Shown here piece by piece: positions 41,599 to 52,313 of a DNA stretch of 64,000 bases (positions are counted from its first letter, which is position 1; the number at the start of each line of letters is the position of its first letter). This stretch comes from Thermodesulfobacteriota bacterium (GTDB lineage Bacteria > Desulfobacterota > Binatia > Bin18): the NCBI GenBank assembly GCA_964291405.2, contig OZ219926.1:1472001-1536000 (forward strand). Reading direction: 5' to 3'. A model generated the notes under the pieces. That model had not been told where the DNA came from, made no database searches, and saw only the letters and a list, made by a program, of their open reading frames with translations. Position numbers and translations under genes: made by a program.

Positions 41599-41900
41599 TC
41601 AACACATCACCACGCCGCCCGAACCGCGAACGGGTTCGACGTATTAAGGAGGCATTGCGCGAAGCGCTGAGCCTCTCCCATGACACGACGGTCACGGTCA
41701 CCGAGCTGGCGTGTCTCGAAGAAGGCTGTGCGCCCATCGAGACCGTGGTTGGCCTGCTTCGGCCCGATGCGCCACAGCTCCAGTACAAACTGCACAAACC
41801 CACGGACGCCGTTGACGCCGAAGACCTGGTCCAGGTCTGCACGGCGTGGGGATTCGACGTCCAGATTCCGGTGCTCGCACCGCTGCTCCAGGAGAACTAG
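41592..41900 (+). CDS. Small conserved protein with ELxCxExGCxPxET motif
   Basis: ELACLEEGCAPIETVV; abuts the COG0523 gene. Confidence 0.75.
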   Translation: MLINTSPRRPNRERVRRIKEALREALSLSHDTTVTVTELACLEEGCAPIETVVGLLRPDAPQLQYKLHKPTDAVDAEDLVQVCTAWGFDVQIPVLAPLLQEN

Positions 41901-43271
41901 ATGGATACACCAAATTTAGATTTAGGAATTACACCTCGACAAGTACCTGTTACCATCCTCACCGGCTTCCTCGGCTCTGGCAAGACGACCCTGCTCAACC
42001 GAATCTTGAGTGAGGAGCACGGCAAGCGCATTGCCGTGATCGAGAACGAGTACGGGGAGGTCGGCATCGATCAGGCGCTCGTCATCGACGCCGACGAGGA
42101 GATCTTCGAGATGTCGAACGGCTGCATCTGCTGCACGGTACGCGGAGACCTGATTCGCGTACTCGGCAATCTCATGAAGCGCCGCGACAAGTTCGACTAT
42201 GTGTTGGTGGAAACCACAGGGCTCGCCGATCCCGGTCCGGTCGCTCAGACGTTCTTCATGGACGACGAGATTCGCGCGGAGTTCTCGCTTGACGGGATCG
42301 TCACGCTCGTCGATGCAGCCCACATCGAACAGCAGCTCGGCCGAAGCGACGAAAGCACGGAGCAAATCGCTTTCGCAGACGTCCTCGTGCTCAACAAGAC
42401 GGACCTCGTCAACGGCGAGGCGCTCGACAGGCTCGAAGCTCGGCTCCGAGACATGAACCGCATGGCGCAAGTCGTGCGTAGCGAGCGGGCGAACGTCTCC
42501 GTCGACACGGTACTCAACCTCGGCGCCTTCGACCTGGACCAGGTGCTCGAGCGTCGTCCCACCTTCCTCGAGTCGGAGTATCCGTTCGAATGGACTGGAG
42601 TCTATTCGCTCCATACCGGCCGCTACGAACTTAGCCTCGCCGATGGGCCTGATCCTGCGATGTCGCTCGTCGTCGTGTCCGACCAGGGCACGGATGACGC
42701 TGCCCTCCGTGAGGGTGCGGAGTGGTGTGTGCGGCGGTACGCCGAACCTGCGGAAATCATTCGCCCGGGGGAAGAAATTCCTGTCGGAAAGCATGTGAAC
42801 CTCCGGCTCGATTCCCCAGGGCGCAAGTCGTTCTTCTTGGAGGTCGATACGCCGGTGCGGGTTGGCCTCTACGCCCAGCACACCGCGGAGGAGTTCGACC
42901 TCCAACTGACGAACGCGGATGGAGCGACAATCAGGCAAGAGATCGAGCGAACCTGGGTCGCACAGCACGAGCACGACGACGAGGTGGGCTCGATCGCGAT
43001 CGAGAGGGACGGCGACGTCGATCCCGACAGGCTCAACGCCTGGCTTGGCGAACTGCTCCGTGAGCGCGGGGTGGACATCTTCCGAATGAAGGGCTTCATC
43101 AGCCTCGCGGGCGAGTCGCATCGCTTCGTCTTCCAGGGGGTTCACATGCTCTTCGATGGACAGCCGGATCGGCCATGGGGCGACGCGCTCCGGCGCAATC
43201 AACTCGTCTTCATCGGTCGCAACCTCGATGAGCAGAGCATGCGGCGGGGGTTCGAAGCATGTCTGATTTGA
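41901..43271 (+). CDS. COG0523/CobW family GTPase metallochaperone
   Basis: GFLGSGKTT, ENEYG, GCICC, ETTGLADP, NKTD and CobW_C RMKG...QGVH...LVFIG motifs. Confidence 0.95.
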   Translation: MDTPNLDLGITPRQVPVTILTGFLGSGKTTLLNRILSEEHGKRIAVIENEYGEVGIDQALVIDADEEIFEMSNGCICCTVRGDLIRVLGNLMKRRDKFDYVLVETTGLADPGPVAQTFFMDDEIRAEFSLDGIVTLVDAAHIEQQLGRSDESTEQIAFADVLVLNKTDLVNGEALDRLEARLRDMNRMAQVVRSERANVSVDTVLNLGAFDLDQVLERRPTFLESEYPFEWTGVYSLHTGRYELSLADGPDPAMSLVVVSDQGTDDAALREGAEWCVRRYAEPAEIIRPGEEIPVGKHVNLRLDSPGRKSFFLEVDTPVRVGLYAQHTAEEFDLQLTNADGATIRQEIERTWVAQHEHDDEVGSIAIERDGDVDPDRLNAWLGELLRERGVDIFRMKGFISLAGESHRFVFQGVHMLFDGQPDRPWGDALRRNQLVFIGRNLDEQSMRRGFEACLI

Positions 43272-43293
43272 ATGTCGAGCAGGAGGGGTCTGC

Positions 43294-44427
43294 ATGAGCG
43301 GCACCGAGAGCAGTGAAATCGTCTATGACGTAGTGGTCGTCGGCGCCGGTGCCGCAGGCGTGGGTGCCGCGGTGGCTCTCAAGCATGCTGGCATCGAGAA
43401 CTTCATAATTTCCGAGCGTCAAACGGTCGGTGCATCGTTCGCCTCCTGGCCGGCCGAGACTCGCTTCATCACGCCCTCGTACCCAACCAATTCGATTGGC
43501 ATGCTCGATTTGAACTCGATCGCGATTGGCACTTCACCCGCGTTCAGTTTGGGGGTCGAGCATCCGACGGGTAAAGAGTACGCGATGTATTTGCGTGCAG
43601 TAGCAAAATTCTTTGAGTTACCTGTACGCCAGGATACCGACGTGAGGCGGGTCGCAAAGGTTGGCGGCGGCTTTCGCATCGATACGGCCGACGAGACCTT
43701 GCAAGCCAAGCACGTCATTTGGGCCGCTGGAGAGTTCCAATACCCACGCTCAGGCGGGTTGGTTGGGAGCCAATTGTGTCGCCATACCGCGACCATCGCC
43801 AGCTATGAAGAGCTTGACGGGGACGACTTCATCGTTGTGGGTGGCTACGAAAGTGGTGTCGACGTGGCCTACCACCTGGCGTGTCGCGACAAACGAGTGC
43901 GGTTGTTCGACAAGGGTTGCCCGTGGGAGAACGAGAGTTCCGATCCCAGTGTCACGCTTTCCCCGTTTACGCTCGAACGGATGCATGAAGACCAGTTTGT
44001 TGAGCAAGTGGAACTGCTTCCGCACACACCTATCGAATCGGTCACTCGCGTGGACACCATGTATGAAGTCACGGCTCGGGACGGGCAGCGGTTTCAAACC
44101 CGCGTGCCGCCACTGTTGGCAGGCGGATTTGAGGGGAGTCACAAGTTAGTCGCGGATTTGTTTGAACGACGCGACGATGGCTCTCTGATTCTGAGCGAAC
44201 AGGATGAATCGACCATCGTACCGGGAGTGTTTCTGTGCGGTCCCGCAGTTCGCCATAACAATTACGTCTTCTGCTTTATCTTCAAATATCGACAGCGACT
44301 CGCCGTTGTCGCCAAAGCAATTGCGACCTCGTTAGGGCTGCCGGCGAAAGAGTTGGAAGAGTACTACCGCCAGTGGGGCATGTATCTCGACGACCTCTCC
44401 TGCTGTGGGGAGGAGTGCGTATGTTAA
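43294..44427 (+). CDS. NAD(P)/FAD-dependent oxidoreductase with Cys-rich tail
   Basis: GAGAAG, GGYESG and FCFIFKYRQR motifs; C-terminal LDDLSCCGEECVC. Confidence 0.88.
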   Translation: MSGTESSEIVYDVVVVGAGAAGVGAAVALKHAGIENFIISERQTVGASFASWPAETRFITPSYPTNSIGMLDLNSIAIGTSPAFSLGVEHPTGKEYAMYLRAVAKFFELPVRQDTDVRRVAKVGGGFRIDTADETLQAKHVIWAAGEFQYPRSGGLVGSQLCRHTATIASYEELDGDDFIVVGGYESGVDVAYHLACRDKRVRLFDKGCPWENESSDPSVTLSPFTLERMHEDQFVEQVELLPHTPIESVTRVDTMYEVTARDGQRFQTRVPPLLAGGFEGSHKLVADLFERRDDGSLILSEQDESTIVPGVFLCGPAVRHNNYVFCFIFKYRQRLAVVAKAIATSLGLPAKELEEYYRQWGMYLDDLSCCGEECVC

Positions 44428-44648
44428 TGGGAAACGCCGAAGGGGCCGTCGCGTCTGACGCGAGGCGAAGCCGACGAGCCAGGATGCGGAGCATCGCATG
44501 GCTCGGACAAACGGCTGCCAGCGTTTGCTGGATTGGCAGCATGCTGACTGACGGGATCAGATCCGGTGGGGACTGGTTGCAGTTGTGTGCTGCATCCGCA
44601 TGGCTGTTGGCCAACATCGCAGCGATTGCGACTGCCGAAGCTGATTGA
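44421..44648 (+). CDS. Small two-helix membrane protein
   Basis: GGAGGAG RBS; overlaps the upstream stop; two hydrophobic segments. Confidence 0.6.
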   Translation: MLMGNAEGAVASDARRSRRARMRSIAWLGQTAASVCWIGSMLTDGIRSGGDWLQLCAASAWLLANIAAIATAEAD

Positions 44649-44649
44649 T

Positions 44650-45714
44650 ATGTCGGCGGCAAGAGTTCGACGCAGGTCTGATTTGAATGTCGACAGCCCG
44701 AGGGGTGTTCTTCGCCGGGGCTGGTCTGCGGCGGTCGGCGACTACGCCATCGCCGGGGGTTGGAGCCTACGCGGTGAGGCGCTGATGGTCGGTGATGCTG
44801 AGGGTGGCGTTTACGCACTTGACGGCAAGTCTGGCGCGACCGTCTGGGCGCGGCGCGGGGTTCATGAAGGCGGTGTGCTCGCGGTGGCGATCCACCCAAG
44901 TGGAACCGCGTTCGCTACGGCCGGCCAGGACGGACGAGTCTTAATCTGGAGTGCTGCCGAAGGTCAGGTAAGCCGGGCTATCGACATCGGAAGCGGTTGG
45001 GTAGAAAACGTGGCGTGGTCGCCGGACGGCCAATGGTTGGCGGCCTCCTGCTCCCGGCAGGTTCGTGCGTATGGTGCGGACGGCGCGGAGGTTTGGCGAT
45101 CTGATGATCATCCCAGCACCGTCAGTGCGATCGCCTGGTCGGGCGTAGGGGAACTGGCGACGGCCTGTTACGGTCGAGTGACGTTCTTCGACGCGTCCAC
45201 CGGCGAGCTTCGCCAGAAGCTGGAGTGGCAGGGCTCCTTGGTGTCGATGGTACTGAGCCCGGACGGAGATATCGTGGCCTGCGGCAGCCAGGACAACTCG
45301 GTGCACTTCTGGCGTCGCTCCACTGAGCAGGACTCCATGATGTCAGGATACCCTGCCAAGCCGTCGGCCCTGGCTTTCGATGACACCGGCACCCTCTTGG
45401 CCACCGGCGGAGGGGAGGCGGTGACGGTCTGGAGCTTCCAGGGAAGTGGTCCCGAAGGCACGCGACCCGGCGTTCTAGAGCTTCATGCTCAACCCGTCAC
45501 GACGCTTGCCTTCGCTCGCCGCGCGATGCGCCTGGCATCGGGAGGCCGCGATGGTGCCGTGGTTGTGTGGTCGCTTCAGAGAGATGGAGAAGGCGATCCG
45601 ATAGGAGGCGCGGTTGTGGCGGGCGTAGTGGCCGAATTGTACTGGCGGCCAGACGGGCGGGCGCTTGCCGCGCTCGACGCGCGGGGTGGCGTGACGGTTT
45701 GGCGGATAGGATGA
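44650..45714 (+). CDS. WD40 repeat protein
   Basis: Repeated WSPDG / A(T/S)GG.DG.V..W units. Confidence 0.88.
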   Translation: MSAARVRRRSDLNVDSPRGVLRRGWSAAVGDYAIAGGWSLRGEALMVGDAEGGVYALDGKSGATVWARRGVHEGGVLAVAIHPSGTAFATAGQDGRVLIWSAAEGQVSRAIDIGSGWVENVAWSPDGQWLAASCSRQVRAYGADGAEVWRSDDHPSTVSAIAWSGVGELATACYGRVTFFDASTGELRQKLEWQGSLVSMVLSPDGDIVACGSQDNSVHFWRRSTEQDSMMSGYPAKPSALAFDDTGTLLATGGGEAVTVWSFQGSGPEGTRPGVLELHAQPVTTLAFARRAMRLASGGRDGAVVVWSLQRDGEGDPIGGAVVAGVVAELYWRPDGRALAALDARGGVTVWRIG

Positions 45715-45831
45715 ACAAAGGCTGCCAAAAAGGCCCTGGTCGGTCACGCGTATTGTGCTAACCGGAGTGTTGGCGGAACCCGTACCCAGCTATAAACGCT
45801 AGGCGCTTTTCCGTCTCGCTCAGGAACCCTT

Positions 45832-47406
45832 TTACTTCATTCGGTTCACATCGTCCGGGTTGATCAGGTCCGGGGCGGTCCAGCCCTCGATGCCGTATTC
45901 CGCCATACACTGATCGACAAATGATTTGAGTTGATCCGCGCGGCCCATTGCTATAGCCGCAGGCACGTTTTCGAGTTTAATATTCTCGTAGTTACCGGCG
46001 TAGTTGCGCTCGTACAGTTCGTGCCGCCCGCCAAACTCGGTCCCGATCGCGTCCCACATAATCTTGAGCAGCTTGACGCGCTCCAGCGCATCGTAATCGT
46101 TGGAGCCGCGTAAATACTTCTCCAGATAGGGCTGGAGCTCCGGCGTTTTGAAGTCTTTCACGTGGGAGTTGAGATAGATCAGACCGCTCGAAATGGTTTG
46201 CTCGACAATCTCTTTGATACGGGGGTAGGCGACCGGAGCCAGGACGCGGTAAGCCAGGCCGTACTCCGTGTTGGGCTGGAGGGCACCATTGACCCATTGC
46301 TCGGGTGTCTTGGTCATTGCCTCGGTCAGGCCCCAGAACATATGGCGCCAAGCCAGCACCTCACCGACCTGGACCTGGGCGCTACGCTGGCTCTGTACGC
46401 CAAGCGCGTCGAGCGCTTTCAGCAGTACTCCGGCCAGAAAGTCCAACTTCACCGCGAAACGCGTGCAGCCGTGCAGGGTAAAGCGCGGGATAAAACCCGA
46501 GCCGGGGAAAAAGGCGTTGGCCTTATCCAGATCGCGATAGACAAACAGATTCTCCCAAGGGATGAGAACCTTGTCCAACACCAGAATGGCGTCGTTCTCA
46601 TCCAGCCGGGAGGATAGCGGATAGTCGAACGGACTCCCCATGGTGGCGGCGTGCAATTCATACGACGGGCGACAGATAAGCTTCACACCCGCACTCTCCA
46701 TGGGAATCATGGCAAACAGCGCCATCTCGGGTTTGCCCAAGGGCGTTGGGCCGTAAAAGCCGATAAAATTATGGTGCGTCAGGGCAGAGCCGGTCGCAAC
46801 CACCTTGGCGCCACTGACGATGACTCCTGCGTCGGTTTCTTTTTCCACCTGCACATAGACATCTTTCACCTCGTCGGGGGATTTGGCCTTATCGACCGGC
46901 GGGTTCACCAGCGCGTGGTTGAGAAACAGGCAGCGCTCCTGGGTGTGACGATACCAGCGTAACGCGTTGTCCTGATACGGCGCATAGAATTCGGCGTTTG
47001 CGCCCAGGGTGCCGGTCAGGCTGGCTTTGTAGTCCGGCGAGCGTCCCATCCAGCCGTAGGAGATACGCGCCCACTCGGCAATGGCATCCCGGCTGCCAAC
47101 CAGGTCTTCCTGACTCTTCGGTACCTTGTAAAACTTATGCGTGAACCCGCCGTTCCCCGTATCGGTCGGCGTGCTGAGCGTCGGTCCTTTTTTCGGGTCG
47201 TGCAGCGCATCATACATGCGCGCCAGCATACGGGCGGAATTCCGAAAGCCAGGATGCTGGGTAACGTCTTTGACGCGCTCACCATAAATCCAGACCTCTC
47301 GGTCATCCCGTAGGCTGTCAAGAAACTCTTGGCCGGTCAGGGGTCTTTGTCCGCTCTCACTATCGGGTTGCGACCTCGGGTCGGCGGCCTGTGTCTGTTG
47401 GCTCAT
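45832..47406 (-). CDS. hpaB: 4-hydroxyphenylacetate 3-monooxygenase / phenol hydroxylase, oxygenase component
   Basis: [32 protein letters not shown] and [10 protein letters not shown] motifs; GGAGGA RBS. Confidence 0.88.
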   Translation of the reverse strand: MSQQTQAADPRSQPDSESGQRPLTGQEFLDSLRDDREVWIYGERVKDVTQHPGFRNSARMLARMYDALHDPKKGPTLSTPTDTGNGGFTHKFYKVPKSQEDLVGSRDAIAEWARISYGWMGRSPDYKASLTGTLGANAEFYAPYQDNALRWYRHTQERCLFLNHALVNPPVDKAKSPDEVKDVYVQVEKETDAGVIVSGAKVVATGSALTHHNFIGFYGPTPLGKPEMALFAMIPMESAGVKLICRPSYELHAATMGSPFDYPLSSRLDENDAILVLDKVLIPWENLFVYRDLDKANAFFPGSGFIPRFTLHGCTRFAVKLDFLAGVLLKALDALGVQSQRSAQVQVGEVLAWRHMFWGLTEAMTKTPEQWVNGALQPNTEYGLAYRVLAPVAYPRIKEIVEQTISSGLIYLNSHVKDFKTPELQPYLEKYLRGSNDYDALERVKLLKIMWDAIGTEFGGRHELYERNYAGNYENIKLENVPAAIAMGRADQLKSFVDQCMAEYGIEGWTAPDLINPDDVNRMK

Positions 47407-47510
47407 CGTCTGTCCTCCAAGCGCACCTGCTGCGGTCTGCTTCTGTCTATAGGGCGGACCATATTTCGGCAAGTTCGAGCACACCGGAGCGAGACGGCGG
47501 CCCTAACCAT

Positions 47511-50500
47511 CTACGGTCGAAACTGCAACGCCCTGGGCACAAGTCGCGTCGGCTGAGACACGACTTGATAGGCGGTTTCCACCCACTCACAGATATAGCG
47601 ACGGGTATCCCTGGGATCGATCATTTCTTCGATCTGGAATTTATTTAACGGGCCGAGCGGTCCCCGCACGCTCTCGATCCGGGCGTTGAGTTCTGCGCGG
47701 AATGCAACTGGGTCATCCGCTTCTGCCAACTGGCGTTTATAGGCCGCTTCGATGCCGCCCTCGGGTGGAATCCCACCGACATCCGCAGCTGGCCAAGTGA
47801 CGCGCATCGAGGGTTCCGAGCGCGGGGTAGCATAATTGTTCCCGGCCACGCCGAAACTGCGCCGCATCAGGACGGTGAAAATGGGGACCCGGACCTGGGC
47901 GAAGGCAATCATCCACTCCGCCCCTTTGCGAATCGTGCCCGTCCGCTCATGCTCCAAGCCGACCGCGAAGCCGGGATTATCGACCAGGTTCAAGAGCGGC
48001 AGATGGAACAGATCGCACAAGTCCAGGTGCCGCGTCAGCTTGTCACAGCCGTCGGCGGTCAACGCGCCACCGTTGGCGTGCTGGCTGTCGGAAGCAATTA
48101 CGCCCAGGGGGTAGCCGTTGAATCTCACAAACCCGGTTACTTGGTCGGTCCCCCACAAGGGACCTATCTCAAAAAAAGAGTCCCGGTCGGCCATCAATCG
48201 GATGGCCTGCCGAATATCAAAGGTCGTGGTCCGTTTTCTGGCGATGAGGGTCGCGAGTTCCTCTTCACGCCGATTGACCGGGTCGCTCGCGCGGGCCGCG
48301 TACACGGGCGGCACCTCATACACGCTGGAGGGCAGATAGGACAGGAACGTCCGCGTCATCTCCATGGCTTCTTCTTCGGACTCTGCCAGGTTGTCTACCG
48401 CGCCATTCGTACAGTGAATATGCCAGCCGCCGAGTTCCTCCTTGGTGATATCGTAGCCCATGGCATGCGAGACAACCGGTGGTCCAGCGACAAAGAGCTG
48501 GGCGATATCGCGCACCATCACCGAGAAATGACCCAGGACGGCCTTGGCCGCGCCAATGCCGACCACGCTGCCGAGCAGCAGATTGACCACCGGTATGGTC
48601 GCTAGCTGCTCGGTATACATGGTGCTGCCCAGGTGTCCGGGCAGATACGATCCACCGCCACCGGCCACCCGTGGCCTGCCGGCTTTGATTGCGCCCGAGC
48701 TTTCCCTGGCGCTACTTTCCCCCTCTTTTTTCTGTGCCGGCACCATGGCCGCGACACTGCCCCCACCGGACGAGCCGTCCAGCAGCCGGATCGAGGGCAT
48801 CCGCATCTCCGTTGCCAGGCGGTCCAGGTATCCGCTCTTTGCCGCGATCGCCCCATCTGCGTGGCCTCCCCGTGACGTGAAGTCGTCGGCACACACCACG
48901 ACACTCCGCTTGTGAACTTTCCCCCATCCACCCACACTGTTTGCGGGAGTAAAGCCGGTGATTGTGCCTTCTTCATCATAGGACGCAAAACCCGCGACAC
49001 TGCCGACCTCCCGAAAGGAGCCCTCGTCCAACAACAGATCAATCCGCTCGCGGCAGGTCAGCTTGCCGCGAGAGCGTTGGCGCACCACACCCGAATCGTT
49101 GGAGCCAGCCGCCAGCCGCTGTTTGGCAAATTTTTGCAGGAGCGTGACCTCTTCCAGCACCTTCTCCCAGGGGTGGACATCCTCTGTCGTCTGAGGGGTG
49201 TCAGCGTGTGACGGGGACACAACGGCCACCACCTGTCCTGCGGCGACGGTATCCCCGGCCTGGAGCGGTTGCAGTGCCGCTATGACCCCCGCACAGCCTG
49301 CCGTGATCATGGTTTCCATCTTCATGGCGCTCACGACCAGCAGCGTGTCACCGGGAGACACCCTATCACCCACGCTCACGCGAACCTCCACCACAGAACT
49401 CTCCAGGGGACAGTGCACGGCTTCCTGACCCTCCGCCACCTCTAGGGCCGGTAAACGTGAAGTCGGTACGGAACCCTGTTCCAGAGTCGTAATACCCAGC
49501 TTGGCAGCCTGTTGCTCCAGCAAGGCAAGCGCGCCGCCTTCAGTCGCGGAGAAAGAAACGGTGTTCATCTCCGGAATCTCTGCCAATAATGATGTTCTGG
49601 CATTACCCGCCTGAACGGCCGGATGGTCGAATATGGCACGCAGCTGGTGCAGATTGGTTTGCAGACCATCAAGATGAAACTCATCAAGCGCCTGCCGCAT
49701 GCGGGTAATTGCGGCTGTGTAAGAGCCGGACGTACAAATGAGTTTTGCCAGCAAGGGGTCAAACTGTGGCGGTGGGGCATACCCCAGATAGCCACACGCA
49801 TCTACCCGAATACCTGCGCCCGAGGGTTCCTTATAGGCCGTAATGCTCCCCGTACTCGCGGCAACGACACGGGCCTGCACGGCAAAACCGCGCGGTGTGC
49901 CGACTGCGTGCTGGTCACCAAGATCAAGCGAGGCGAGCGTTTCACCCGCGGCGATACGAAACTGGGCCTCGACCAAATCAATACCGGTGACCTGTTCGGT
50001 GACCGTATGCTCAACCTGAATCCGCGGATTACATTCAATAAAAAAATACTCGCCGGTCTCGGGCGAGACCAGGAACTCGACTGTGCCGGCATTCACATAC
50101 GCGGCCGCCTTCACAAGGGTGATTGCATCGGTGAGCATCTGCTCTCGTAGCGTAGGGTCCAACCCTGGGGCGGGGGCCACCTCAACGACCTTCTGGTGGC
50201 GCAGTTGGACCGAGCAGTCGCGTTCGTACAGATGGATGACATTACCATATGAATCCGCCAGAATCTGGACCTCGATATGCCTGGGCCGAGCGATCAATCT
50301 TTCGAGAAAGACGGCTCCGTCACCGAATGCGGCCTGGGCCTCGCTGCGGCAGCGCTCAAATGCCTCGGCCATCTGCTCGGCCCTTTCGACGGCTCGCATA
50401 CCGCGCCCCCCGCCCCCGGCTGCGGCCTTGAGCATCACGGGATAACCAAGCTCGCGGGCCAGCTTCTCTGCTTCTCGCGCTGAGCCTATAGGTTCGGTGC

Positions 50501-50903
50501 TACCGGGCACGACGGGAATGTCCAGCGACTCGGCAAGCGCACGCGCTCTGACTTTATCGCCGAATAAGGCCAGCGTCTCCGGCGACGGACCGATGAACGT
50601 GATGCCTTCGGCAGCACACAACGCGGCAAAAGCAGCATTCTCGGACAAGAAACCATAGCCAGGGTGCAGACAGTCACAACTGCGGGATTTGGCGGCCTGC
50701 ACGAGTGCGTCCGCGTTCAAATATGCCTCAACAGCGTCTGCCGCCGTACCGATCTCATGACTTTCCGTCATACAGCGGGTGTGCAGTGAAAACGCATCAA
50801 TGGCTGGATACACCCCGGCCGATTCCAGGCCCAAGGCCGTCGCGGATTTGGCAATGCGAATGGCGATTTCGCCACGGTTAGCGATCAAGACGCGGGTATG
50901 CAC
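47511..50903 (-). CDS. Single-chain biotin-dependent acyl-CoA carboxylase (BC-BCCP-CT)
   Basis: ANRGEIA, HPGYGFLSEN, GGGGRGMR, AMKME biotin site and a C-terminal carboxyltransferase domain; GTG start inferred. Confidence 0.92.
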   Translation of the reverse strand: MHTRVLIANRGEIAIRIAKSATALGLESAGVYPAIDAFSLHTRCMTESHEIGTAADAVEAYLNADALVQAAKSRSCDCLHPGYGFLSENAAFAALCAAEGITFIGPSPETLALFGDKVRARALAESLDIPVVPGSTEPIGSAREAEKLARELGYPVMLKAAAGGGGRGMRAVERAEQMAEAFERCRSEAQAAFGDGAVFLERLIARPRHIEVQILADSYGNVIHLYERDCSVQLRHQKVVEVAPAPGLDPTLREQMLTDAITLVKAAAYVNAGTVEFLVSPETGEYFFIECNPRIQVEHTVTEQVTGIDLVEAQFRIAAGETLASLDLGDQHAVGTPRGFAVQARVVAASTGSITAYKEPSGAGIRVDACGYLGYAPPPQFDPLLAKLICTSGSYTAAITRMRQALDEFHLDGLQTNLHQLRAIFDHPAVQAGNARTSLLAEIPEMNTVSFSATEGGALALLEQQAAKLGITTLEQGSVPTSRLPALEVAEGQEAVHCPLESSVVEVRVSVGDRVSPGDTLLVVSAMKMETMITAGCAGVIAALQPLQAGDTVAAGQVVAVVSPSHADTPQTTEDVHPWEKVLEEVTLLQKFAKQRLAAGSNDSGVVRQRSRGKLTCRERIDLLLDEGSFREVGSVAGFASYDEEGTITGFTPANSVGGWGKVHKRSVVVCADDFTSRGGHADGAIAAKSGYLDRLATEMRMPSIRLLDGSSGGGSVAAMVPAQKKEGESSARESSGAIKAGRPRVAGGGGSYLPGHLGSTMYTEQLATIPVVNLLLGSVVGIGAAKAVLGHFSVMVRDIAQLFVAGPPVVSHAMGYDITKEELGGWHIHCTNGAVDNLAESEEEAMEMTRTFLSYLPSSVYEVPPVYAARASDPVNRREEELATLIARKRTTTFDIRQAIRLMADRDSFFEIGPLWGTDQVTGFVRFNGYPLGVIASDSQHANGGALTADGCDKLTRHLDLCDLFHLPLLNLVDNPGFAVGLEHERTGTIRKGAEWMIAFAQVRVPIFTVLMRRSFGVAGNNYATPRSEPSMRVTWPAADVGGIPPEGGIEAAYKRQLAEADDPVAFRAELNARIESVRGPLGPLNKFQIEEMIDPRDTRRYICEWVETAYQVVSQPTRLVPRALQFRP

Positions 50904-51254
50904 TATCAGGTATCCCCCTCTCCGACTCCTTTTCTCCCCCATTCATTGCACGAGAACGTATCATAGGTGAAGGCGGGTAGCGGAAACGTATACATCAGTC
51001 ATCCGATTCTTACGGGGAAATATCAGCCGAACGGGACACGATCATCCGCTCCGAGGCGCAGGACTCGCCCGGTGCCGAGATCTCAGGTCGAGAGGCTGGC
51101 GGTGGCAGCGCAGCCACGTGCGGTGGTCTGAGCACACGAATCGCCTGAGGTCGATCTTAGCGCCCGCCCCGGGGCCGCCTTGGCATCCAGGTGATTCGCT
51201 CACGCTGAACGCGCATCATTTGTCACCGACCCCGTTAAGGGGGCTCGTTTTTGG

Positions 51255-52007
51255 TTACAGCTCCAATGGCATTTTGAAGTAGGTGTGCATGATCCGGTCG
51301 CGGTGCTCCAACAACATAGGATCCACCGCGGCGGTGACCTCGGCCGGCGTGTTTTCGAACATTGGTCGAATGGACAGGTCGAGCAAAATGTCTTCGGGCG
51401 GTTGGAGGACAACGAAGTTGCTAAACGCGGCCCAGTAAAAATCTGCGGCCGTCACGGCTTGTCCGATGATGTAGTCGCTCCCGCGGGCTTTTTGCGCTTT
51501 GAGTGTCGCGGCGAGTTCTGTCATGAATGTTATGACTCGCGGATTGGCCAGTTTCGCGTCCACGTCGCGGTAGCCATATTTCAAGCCAAATGCAGATGGC
51601 CCGGTTGCGTCATCAGCCGGACGTATCATGTCGAGCCGTCGGTTCCAGCCGAAACCCAGCTCGCCGCAAATCTCGTGACCGATGCCGAACAATTGAATGC
51701 GCTCGGCTGCGTTTTCCGGCACGAGCGGCTTTTCCGGTGCGAGTCGTTCGAGCAAAAGCAAAATATCATCCCAACGGTTGATGGGTTTTTCGTCGTTCCA
51801 GGCAACCACCGGCCCGCTATTCGTACCCGACCACGCGAGCAGCTCCGGGTTTTCCTGCATCGGTTTCTGCGGTCCGAGCGTAAAGTCCAAGGACTTGTAC
51901 TCCATCATCGCCTTCACAGCCACGCCCCAGGCACTGGGCATCCCTCGCACTAAAATAAGACGGAGGCCATCCGCGTTGATGGCTTGATTGATGTCAACAT
52001 AGTCCAT
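51255..52007 (-). CDS. Divergent GST-like protein
   Basis: PSAW, SGPVV and YIIGQAVTAADFYWA (GST C-terminal-like); GGAGGAG RBS. Confidence 0.7.
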   Translation of the reverse strand: MDYVDINQAINADGLRLILVRGMPSAWGVAVKAMMEYKSLDFTLGPQKPMQENPELLAWSGTNSGPVVAWNDEKPINRWDDILLLLERLAPEKPLVPENAAERIQLFGIGHEICGELGFGWNRRLDMIRPADDATGPSAFGLKYGYRDVDAKLANPRVITFMTELAATLKAQKARGSDYIIGQAVTAADFYWAAFSNFVVLQPPEDILLDLSIRPMFENTPAEVTAAVDPMLLEHRDRIMHTYFKMPLEL

Positions 52008-52152
52008 TGCTTGTCTCCTCCTATCTTCGATTCCGAGATTTTTCAGATCGCACCTTAGCGAAATTGCAAGTCACCGGCTACCAGCCATTTCAGGATGGAA
52101 ATGGTGTGAAGCGATCGTCTTCTAGGCTATTGGAAAGAAAAGAGGGGAGGAG

Positions 52153-52225
<73 letters not shown>

Positions 52226-52313
52226 ACAGTGACAAACGAATGGAGGTTGGGTCAGTGCGTTAGTGCAGAAATACTGCCATGTTCTCCGGCAGGCGTCAAC
52301 TCGCAGACAGCCC

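Noticed and set aside
41922-43304. 460-aa minus-strand ORF (likewise 17430-18899, 23238-24533, 19285-20388, 35025-36230)
   Set aside because: Antisense shadows of motif-supported genes in high-GC DNA, with no recognisable motifs of their own.
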